A stretch of 64,000 bases of DNA, from the NCBI GenBank assembly GCA_012295275.1, contig CM022674.1, positions 5,580,001 to 5,644,000 of the forward strand. Reading direction: 5' to 3'. The position numbers and the translations under genes were made by a program. The stretch is from Chrysomallon squamiferum. Taxonomy: Eukaryota; Animalia; Mollusca. Under the pieces are notes generated by a model. The model was not told where the DNA came from. It did not search any database and saw only the letters and a list, made by a program, of their open reading frames with translations. How positions within the stretch are numbered: the first letter of the stretch is position 1; every line of letters starts with the position of its first letter. Of the stretch, positions 54,049 through 64,000 are shown one piece after another.

Positions 54049-55877
54049 ATAGTAAGACCGACAAAAAAAAAAAAAAAAAAAAAAAAACTTCAAAAGTTTA
54101 GTCATTTGCTTTGGAGATTAGGATAATGGTTGTTAATCGTCTGTTCATTCACAGAATCGTTTTACCTATTAAAAATAAGAAACGACAGACAAAAATTTGG
54201 CGTTCGTATTTGCAAACACTTTGCCCTTTTCTCTAGCGGACACTGCCCATACAATCGTTTGAAAGAGGCATTGTGATTGGCTGGTTCACCAGCTGCCGAT
54301 AATAACGTCTGCTCGAAGTACATACAGCTTCAATCATAAAATATCTGAAGAGGGTTTAGCTACCTATACACTATAGACTTTAAATCTTGGCAACAAGGTT
54401 GTGTTTTGGTCATTATATATTATAATGATATTACACCGGTCACCGAAAACAATTCGTCACTTGTTCAACACGTGTTTCTTTCAAAACTTTCCATTCATTT
54501 TAAATTTTATTTTATTGTTGCTATTATTATTTTTTTTCTTTCTTTCTTTCTTTCTTTCAGAAACCAATTACCTTTTTTTTTCTGTGAAACCTATTTTAAC
54601 AGACAGCTAACAAAAAGAAAAGTTTTGCCATTTTCCATAAAGTTGATTTACGAAATATTTCATTAAATGTGTTAAAACAGATTCAATCAAAATAATTAAA
54701 ATATAAAATTAAGTTTTTTCTTTTTATTAAATTATTTAAATATAATTTATCTTTATAAATGCATGATTTAACTCTATTAAATAAATCACAGTTCAGTGTA
54801 ATTAAACAAAATTAAAATAAATATTTAATTTATTCAAGACTTTAATTCTGTCTAATTTTAAAATGTACTTGATTAAGAAACAAATCGTTGACCTTCTGTT
54901 TTGAATTATTCTCTTTACTTGTAACATGTAAACACACATTTACATACACATAACTGTACACATGCATATGCACATACACAAACATACATACAAAATTATA
55001 TCATGACATCACTGATAAACTATCTTTTAATTTAATTATTTTATCATTTGAAAAATATTTTTCATTTACCACTTTCTCACGGTGTCAATCAACTAAAAAA
55101 AATTTAAAAATTATTTATTCAATATATCCATTACAGAGAATTTCATATATGCCAATTTATGATCGTATCCATTGCAATATTTTTCATTTATATAAATTTA
55201 TCAAATATCGTTTGCAAAATATATCATTTACGTCATTTACATCATTTTTGTTATAATATCCATTACATAGTTTTTATTTATCTAAATATATCATTATATG
55301 ATTTACAAGGTATTTCGTTTACGTAATTTAAAAAGTATATAACATTTACGTCATATTTTGTCTGTGTTCGTTACAAAGTATTACAACATTTCATTTTTGT
55401 ATCCATTACAAAGTTTCTGATTTATGTAAATTTATTAAAATATCGTTTGAAAAATACTTCGTTTAGGTTATTTTTATTATTATATACATTACATAATATT
55501 TTAATTATCTAAATTTATAATTTTATCATTTACGTCATTTTAAAAATGTGTTAGTTACACAGTACTGATATACAACATTAATATAAAATATTAATTTTGC
55601 TAAATAATTCAGCAAAATATCTGACAAAATATAGACTAAGAATATGTGCAAGTTTGCACATATGTTATTCACTCCGAAAAGATTTTAACACAGAGAAAAA
55701 TAAATAACTAAACAAAGAAAGAATTATTCCAAAACACAAAGTAAAATCCTATTAAAGCTAATTTTAGGGAGGTATGCACATTTATATCGTATCAGATTTG
55801 AAAGGCAGCCAAAATATCTTAATGTTATTTGAACAAAGTTCTAGTTTGCAATATCTGAAGTACTTTTATTTTCCTTT

Positions 55878-55932
<55 letters not shown>

Positions 55933-56615
55933 GTCGTTGTTATTGTTGTGTTGTTTTTTATTATTATTATTTTGTTGTTGTTGTTGTTGTTGTTGTTCAA
56001 CGGCAGTGGACTTTCTCTTTCTATTATCTGTATAATTTAGTACTTAGTTAAAAGTTATAACCGTAGACAAAACATTAAAAAGTAAAAACAGAAAAAATTA
56101 ATAATAATAATAATTATAATAATAATTAAAAAAATTAAATCTAAAATTAAAATTAAAAAATGAATGAATTACATCGTCAAATAAATTAATGTTTTCCTTT
56201 TAGATATAGTGCAAAATGAAAGGCAAAAGTGTCTGAATCAAAAGTGATTTAATTAATATGAAAATTCATCGGTTTTTAATTTCTGAAATTAACTTTACTG
56301 CAATTATTGTATGATGATCTTCTGGTTCTGTTTTCATTTGTTTTAAATTATTTTAATTTTTATTAGTAGTATTATTCGTACTTTCTGTATAGCTGCAAGT
56401 ATGTTTTAAAAGATTAAAAGCGCCGAAGCCAATTGAAACTTTGTTACATTCCAAAAATGACTGGCTAATTTACTTTTACGTATATACACTAGGAATGGAT
56501 TTGTCTTCATGAGTTCGTAAATAAACAAACAAATGAATGAATGAATTAATTAATGATCAAACAGACTAATAAAAAAAAATATATAATAACAACAACAACA
56601 ATAATAATAACAACA

Positions 56616-56648
<33 letters not shown>

Positions 56649-57677
56649 TAAAAATATAAAACAAGAAAAAAATAAAGAATGTCTATTGTATCACCATTTA
56701 ATTTATTGACAGCACTGGGAAAATAATAAAATGATTTCCATAACAAATAACGTGTGGCTATAATTAAAACGCTAGGCCTCCATATATATTATGGGTATGT
56801 GCAGTTCTACTTATTGTCGTAGTGTACATAAAACTTTCGAGTCGATACTGTTCAAAGTTTCAAAGACGCGATCAAGCAGAAATCATAAATGGAAGTTTTC
56901 TAATGCCTATAATGGATCGGCAATATTAATATTATTAACGTCCTTTTATGTCCATACGTCCACCAACCTATGTCCGCTCATTGTATGCTTTATAAAATAT
57001 CTTAATATTAATGTACGTGTGTGTAAGTATGCGCATATATGTATGTTTATATATATGTGTGTGTGTGTGTGTTTGTGTTTTTGTGTTTGTATATGTGCGT
57101 GTGCGTGTCTTTCTCTTTGTACATATACATGTTTGTGTGTGTGCGCGCGTTATAAAATACTGTTATAAAAATTATATCCGTTTAAAGAAATTAACAAAAT
57201 CTCATTTTTAATGTGTCATTTTCTTAGATGAAAATAATTCTTGGATCTCAAGAAATTTAGTGGGGTTTTTTTTTGTGGGAGGGGTCACGTGATGACGCGA
57301 ATTTGTCCAGTAAGAGGATTGATAAGAATTGCATTTTTAGAAAGTGAAATTATATATTATAAATGCTCGCAAATAAACATTACAAAGCAAGAAGAAATTA
57401 TTATAATTAAAATGTACGACACAGTCACAATTAAACGCAGATAACCGCGCATATATACACACACACAGATACAACACTTACATGCATATTTACATACATA
57501 ACTTAATAAAGATATGTACTCACTCAAATACTTATGCATACTTTACTAACCTTTTACAAATACATGAAAACAAATTTAATGTCATTCTATATAAATGGCA
57601 TAACAAAAGCTGGTATATTCACAGACGCATATACATACTTACACCTGTACAATACGCAGAATTAAATTCTTGGAAGC

Positions 57678-57721
<44 letters not shown>

Positions 57722-58179
57722 CTGCATAATAGGCACAAACGCAACGATAATTAAACGTATTCGAATACTACTGAGTTTTAACAAATTCATGGAAGCAAAA
57801 ATGTTATTTTTACATACAGAACATAATAAATGTTCGTACGTACAGCCACAGACGGGTATATTTATATACATAGGTGAAACTTAGGTCATAGAATTCGTGA
57901 AAACAAACTTACCTCCACTGTAGAAGAGTTTTAGGCAGCAGTAATACGTCCAGCAATAACTAGCTATTTTGAATTTAGTAACTATTTATTGCCCATACTT
58001 ATTTATTGTCACGCTAGATTTGATACGTTATAGCCGTCTGCTTTCATTCTTAATCCCCCACAAGGCGAATGTATATTTTTTTTTCTTCTCTGTATACATA
58101 TAAAACCCATGTTCATTGGATAAAAGAATTATCTCCAAGGATTTATTCTGACTTTTAATTGGTACATTGTTAAACTGTC

Positions 58180-58193
58180 GTTGCCACGACTAC
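58180..58193. promoter_or_regulatory. RFX X-box-like motif
   Basis: GTTGCCACGACTAC, about 270 bp upstream (minus sense) of a consensus donor at 57912. Confidence 0.4.
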
Positions 58194-58605
58194 GAGTATG
58201 TAATCTAATTCCGATTATGCGAAAATCTGTTTTGCTTTCCTTTTCAGCGGTGAAGGAATTATTAAATTTTGGCGTTTTTGTTACGTATAAATCTGTTCTT
58301 CGAAATATTTAATTAACGATTTATAATTTGTAATATTTCTTCACTTTTTTAGATTAGTTGGGTTGTGTGCGTAGGCAGTACAAAATGGTTTTGATTATAA
58401 TACTTTCCTTATCGGTTTAGTGACAGATAATCAAGTGGTCTTTTTTACTTTTTGTTTTTAGAGTGATTATATATATAACGTGTTCGAAGGTCAGTGCCCG
58501 TACACTGGCGAAAGAATGAACATTATATTTTAAATTTTATTATTAACAGCTATTAGGCAGCTAAATAAGTTAATAGGTGCATTACTTAAACAATGAATAT
58601 CTATC

Positions 58606-58652
<47 letters not shown>

Positions 58653-59235
58653 TTATTATGAGTCACAAAATTTGCATTTTTCAAATTATAATATGAATGT
58701 TGTTAAATTACATACAACAGAAAGTGATATTTTATCTGTACCTTCCCATGAATCATATATCAGGGTTTTCGATTAAGCGAGACTGTTGGAGATGATCGAC
58801 ATTGCTGCGACTGTCAACCAATAATTATTGCTGAGCTACGCATTTGTCTTGTGTGTAGTATGTTAGGAGTGGTACGTTACTGGTGTCAGTATGCAAATGT
58901 ACATTATAATTATGTGTACTTTTGCCTAGTTTAATTTGAAAAAATGCAATAAAATGAAAGCAAATTGAACTCCACAAATTTATAACTAAAAATTTTAAAT
59001 AATAAACATAGAAGTAGAAGAAGAAGAAGAAGAAGAAGAAGAAAGAATGAAAGAATGAAAGAAAGAAAGAAAGAAAGAAAAATAAAATAAAATAAAATAA
59101 AATAAAATAAAAATAAATTTTAAAATAAAATAAGTAAACGAAATAAAACAGTTAAACTGCGAAAAAGAGCGAAAAATGCCGATAACATCCGACAAACTAA
59201 ACGATTACGTTAAACGAGACTGAATGTAAACAAAG

Positions 59236-59283
59236 ATGGACGACAAGGTCGATAAAAGTATACCGGCACTGCGTGTCAGTCAG
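59236..59283 (+). CDS. PEX2: PEX2 coding exon 1
   Basis: aagATGG start, CAG|GTTTGT donor, phase 0. Confidence 0.88.
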
Positions 59284-60937
59284 GTTTGTTTTAAATTATC
59301 TTACTTCTTTTCTTTATTTGTTTTTGTTTTTTCGGTGCGCTTTGCTGATAAATATACCGTGAGTAAGAAATATGTAAAAAAAAATAATAATTTAATCATG
59401 CAGAAGAAAAAAAAACAAAAAAACTTTTAAACCTATGTAAGTCAGCTGGGTCTAAATCAATAAATTAAAGTAAGCTTGCTACTGGGTAATGTGAGTTGGT
59501 GGTCTGTGTACCGTATTTGTGCAGATAAATGCACTCAGGAGATTACTGATTTAGTTATAAATATTATGTATACGTTACCTTTTATCATGTTACAACAGAG
59601 AGGGACTTCTGGAATATTTATGATAATTTATTGCTTGTTATTTTGCACTGACACAATTAATAATCATATGCTGTATATTTAAAATTCATTTTTTGTTTGA
59701 TGTAAAATTAAAAATTAAAAATATGAAGGAAAATAAATATTCGTTTTTGATTTTTTAAATTAATTAATATCATTTACTCATAGCAAGTTTTTAGGTATAC
59801 TTAATAAATCAGCTTTGAAAAGATTCATGTGCTAAATTTATATTTTTTTAATTTATTTTTTAATTTATTATTATTTTTATTATTATTTTATTTTCATATT
59901 TTAGTTGGATTCTCATGAATTAGATCAAGAAGCTTTTCAGCTGATAAAAAGTCAAGTGAACAAAGTTTTTAAATATCAACAGGTAAAGAACGAGTTGATA
60001 AATGTGCAGTAAAAAACCCATCACAGATGTACACCCACACAACTCAAACACAGACAACCAAATTCAAAATACATACAGAGAAATACACACAGACACATGT
60101 ACATAGTAAAATACACACAGACATAAATAAAAATGTAGACACATAGCCATGAAAAATATTTACAGACACAGACATACAAATTATACAGATACACACACAT
60201 ACACAAAGAAGTACATACAGAGACATACACAACTTAAAATATACAAAATGAGACAGATACACATATAAAATTGTACATACACACAATAAATAAAAACACA
60301 GACATATATCCATGCAAAATATTTTACTGTCACACACGCACACACACAAAATACATACAGATATACACTCATATAAAATACATACAGACATAGGCACAAA
60401 CAAAATATAGAGACACATAACCATGCCAAATATTTACAGACACAAACACAAATAAAGAAATAATATAGACACACATGTATAAAATACTCACAAAGACATA
60501 TACACACACAAAATACAAAATACATACAGATACAAAAAAGCATTCATGTATAAATACAATATAAACACACACAAGAGAGAGGATTAACCCTCATTAGTGA
60601 TATTAACAATGCCTATTTAATTATTACAGAGAAGAAAAACAGAAAATAGTTGTTCTAATTTTAATACTATTTTTTTTAAAATAATTTTTATAATTTGAAA
60701 GGAAAAACATTGAATGTATTATTATTATTATTATTTTTATTGTTGTTGTATTCGTCATTATCATCATTTATTTATTTATTTATTTATTTAAAAATATTGT
60801 TCCTATTATTATTATTATTATTATTTTTATTGTTGTTGTATTCATCATTATCATCATTTATTTATTTATTGCAGTCAAACTTTTTAACAAAATATGACCC
60901 TGAAATAACAGCCTTGTTGAAACTTGTTATATGGAAG
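59236..60937 (+). CDS. PEX2: Peroxisome biogenesis factor 2 (RING peroxin), N-terminal 63 codons; continues beyond window
   Basis: Exons 59236-59283, 59905-59982 and 60875-60937 splice to MDDKVDKSIPALRVSQ|LDSHELDQEAFQLIKSQVNKVFKYQQ|SNFLTKYDPEITALLKLVIWK. This resembles the PEX2 N-terminus as recalled (LRISQLDALEL...FEPEVKACLWVFLWR). Confidence 0.88.
59905..59982 (+). CDS. PEX2: PEX2 coding exon 2
   Basis: ttttag| and CAG|GTAAAG, 78 nt, phase 0-0. Confidence 0.88.
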
Positions 60938-61584
60938 GTAAGATTCAAAACATCTTTATTTTTTTCATAATTATTTTATACTTAATTCATTTAGAAAAAA
61001 AAATATTCTAGCCAAAGAATTTTGTGACCACCCACCCTACCAGTCTTTATTTTATTATTTTAATTAAGCTACTGTCAGATCAAATTTCTTTAGCTTTACC
61101 TCTTTCAAATATGATTCCATTTAACCATGTCATCACCTATTATGACAGTTATAACAGTCATGGTTTTATTCGAAAAGTGGTTGTAATTATATATGGTCAG
61201 TATTTTAACTTGCTGTATTGCTGATGTGATCGTTTTCACAGATACAGTTCATTAAATTATAACCGAATCTCTTATTTATCAAGTCATATTTTAATCAGTT
61301 CAGTACACTGCGGGGTATCGTTTACTTCAGTAAGTTGAAAAATCCCTTTTTGGTAGTGAACAGGTTAACGGATATAGTTGATTATATTTCGACATTCAAA
61401 CATGAAAATCTTTTAACTGTTTTTGTTTGTGTATATATATGCCTGTTATGTTTATTTTTATATGAGTGTATGTTTCTATACGTATTTTGAATTTGTACAT
61501 CTGTGTTTGAGTTGTGTATGTATACATCTGAGATGTGTCTTTTTTTAAATATATTTATCAACTCATTCTTCACCTGCTGGATAT
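59973..61584. repeat. Inverted repeat pair (59973-60088 and 61466-61584)
   Basis: The reverse complement of the second arm aligns to the first, e.g. caggt(a/g)aagaa(c/t)gagttgataaat ... cagatgta ... acacaactcaaacacaga ... caaattcaaaatac. Confidence 0.85.
60875..60937 (+). CDS. PEX2: PEX2 coding exon 3
   Basis: ttgcag| and AAG|GTAAGA, 63 nt, phase 0-0. Confidence 0.88.
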
Positions 61585-62066
61585 ATAATTTTTTTAGATA
61601 TTCCTCACTAGGCAGATTTTAATTGGAAGAGTGAACCACTTTCATAGATAATGATATCGTTTATAAAATTTTACTTTTTTGAAATTTTAAATTTTAAATT
61701 GACATGTATAATACACATTTGAGTATTTTACTTTTTTATTTTATTGGATGCATGGGTTTATGTGAATATATGTATTCATTACTTTATGAAGACGTAATTG
61801 AGTGGTCTGTATGCATATCTACATAATACATGTAGGTGTGATTGTGTATGTTTGTGTATGTATGTATGCATGTGTGTATATTTTTGTATGAGTAGATATG
61901 AATGTGTTCATTAGCATATGGATATAAAATTGAGGGGCTTTGTGTGCATATGTAAAATATACACCCACCTACATTCATAAATAAATACATACATATATAT
62001 ATATATATATATACCTACACCCATATATACATGCAAACATATATGTGTGTTTTTTACATATCTGTA

Positions 62067-62103
<37 letters not shown>

Positions 62104-62406
62104 TGTGTTATATCTACACAGATTAACTTGTTAACATTTGTCTAACTAAAGAGCTGCTGTAATCAGTCAGCTATGGCAAAGACTCTTATCTAAATTGCTA
62201 GTTAAATCTGCTTAACTCATTAGTAATATTTGAATACTGCATTTAAGCCTTTAGATTAATGTCAAATGAACAGTTTACAGACTTCAGAACAGATTTGTAA
62301 TGGTGGATGAACACTGATACAGTCTCAGATGGAAATTCCTAACAATTTTCATAAGGGATAGGGTTTTTTTGGCTTGTTCCTGTGTGTTAGTTCAAATCCT
62401 GTTAGA

Positions 62407-62493
<87 letters not shown>

Positions 62494-63827
62494 GGTATTT
62501 TTATTTGATTATTTTTTTTTATTTTTTTTTTTTAGGTTAATTTTTTTTTTTCATTTTATATAATTTCAATATTTATTATAAATTTAAAAAAAAAAAAAAT
62601 AACTTAAATGTTTCAACAGAAAGTTATTTGTTTATTTATTCCCTTCATTTTTTTTTTTTTTTAAATACTTTATTTAGTTTATATTTTTTCCAGATCAATT
62701 TCAAAATACAGTTATTTTAATTGTTATTTTATCTATAGTTATATTTGTGATTCTGTAATAAAGACATGTTGTGCATGTTTGATTGTTCCAGGATCAACTG
62801 GTGCATGTTTGATATGTTCCAGGATCAAGTCCTGACACTGGATGTTAAATTTTGCTGGTATAAAACCCATTAAGACTTAAATCTAACATACTAACACTAA
62901 CACTGTCACATTTAACAAGATTCAAAACAATATCTGAAAAATACTGAAAATTTAGTTAGATTATTTATTCTCATTAGCTGTAGGTAAAATAACAATAAAT
63001 AAACATAGCAAGAAAAACAGACATTTTGAATTTTTTCAGAATATTTTTCTTTCTTTTCTTTTCTGATTTTTCTTTTTATTTTATTATTATTATTTTTTTT
63101 TAAAATATTTTGTTCCCCAAGACATTGTAGGTATATTTTAATATCAAACTTTCTTTTGAAAATATATGTTATTCTCTTTTTTTTTTCACAATACCTCAAA
63201 TATTGTTTAAAACATAAATAGAAATTCTTTTGAACATCAATATTCAAAAAATGTACTTTTTTTATAACATTATTCTTCTTTTGCTTCAGTGTCACACAAA
63301 CTTTAATAACCACCAAAAATAAATAAATAAATTATTTGGAAGTGTTTGTAAGGTATTGAGATATTTGTTGAAAATATAATTATTGGATGACAGAATAAAC
63401 AAATGAAAATCCTTAGGAAATATGTTTAGGTTTCTCTTTCTAACATCTTAAATAAACTTTGATAAGAAATAACTTAACTCAGTGCATGGCAATTTGCCAA
63501 AATTTTAAAGACATTTTGTCTTTTTTGTCTTGCAGATAAACTTTGAAAATAAATAAATAAACTAATCATTTGAAAGATTAAAAAATATATATATTGGCAT
63601 TTTGTTCAAACCATTATATACATCAATAAATTAATAATAATAATAATAATAAAAATAATAATAATAATAATATATACATGTGTGTGTGTGTGTGTGTTGC
63701 TTTTTATACAGAACTAGAATTTTAACCCATCACATCAGTACTTTTTCTAGCTGTTTAAAAGAAGATGTCTGCATTTCTGAAGGAATAGAATAAAATTCTT
63801 CACTTTAAAGTAAAAATTATTACTTAC

Positions 63828-63950
63828 CTTGGCCTCATCTTCATCCAGATAGTAGCCCATGGGAGTCCTCAGTACTATAATGGAACGGTCTGATTGGCTA
63901 TATGTCCTGGGGACACTATGTGGTCTTTGAGAGTATACTTTGGAGGCCAT
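63828..63950 (-). CDS. Unassigned coding exon (MASKVYSQRPHSVPRTYSQSDRSIIVLRTPMGYYLDEDEAK), antisense within PEX2 intron 3
   Basis: GC-richer island, cagATGG start, 41 codons, perfect AAG|GTAAGT donor, phase 0. Confidence 0.55.
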
Positions 63951-64000
63951 CTGAGGCTTAAATTTTGAGAGGTTCCTCCCTCTAGTTGCATGAAGGAAAT

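Noticed and set aside
50010-57754. Many ORF-track entries rich in CV, YI, SL, II or FF
   Set aside because: They are translations of microsatellites and homopolymer runs.
60021-60572. Overlapping Cys/Val/Tyr-rich minus-strand ORFs
   Set aside because: Low-complexity (acacagacata-like) intronic sequence of PEX2.
62243-62338. Possible terminal exon (EFPSETVSV...LKA*) for the 63828 exon
   Set aside because: Poor polypyrimidine tract and no recognisable homology.
62771-62830. ~30-bp direct repeat gtgcatgtttgat(a)tgttccaggatcaa x2
   Set aside because: A simple local duplication with no element ends or enclosed cargo.
1-64000. Autonomous transposon, viral insertion, tRNA/rRNA or horizontally acquired system
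   Set aside because: I recognised no transposase, reverse transcriptase or integrase motifs, no terminal repeats and no RNA-gene signatures. Short non-autonomous elements could be missed without a repeat library.

Overview
This is AT-rich, microsatellite-laden eukaryotic (animal) genomic DNA with GT-AG introns. The style suggests a mollusc or similar invertebrate, but that is inference only. Most of the window (minus strand, ~49.6 kb down to the left edge) is a rootletin/CROCC gene. I reconstructed 26 phase-consistent coding exons (5169 nt, 1723 codons using exon 4a), and the gene continues off the left edge. A divergent PEX2 gene starts at 59236 on the plus strand (3 small exons seen, continuing off the right edge). 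Many of these exons are missed by the ORF track. I found no prokaryotic system, CRISPR array, RNA gene or transposase. The notable structure is isoform architecture: (i) a tandem-duplicated exon pair separated by only 44 nt, likely mutually exclusive; (ii) several phase-compatible candidate alternative first exons, including a 251-codon acidic exon with 11 x 14-aa repeats and a possible internal promoter giving a tail-only rootletin; (iii) a minus-strand coding exon inside PEX2 intron 3; (iv) an inverted duplication covering the PEX2 exon-2 donor; (v) several local duplications that copy splice sites. Homology calls rest on my recollection of human CROCC and PEX2 sequences, not on a database search.
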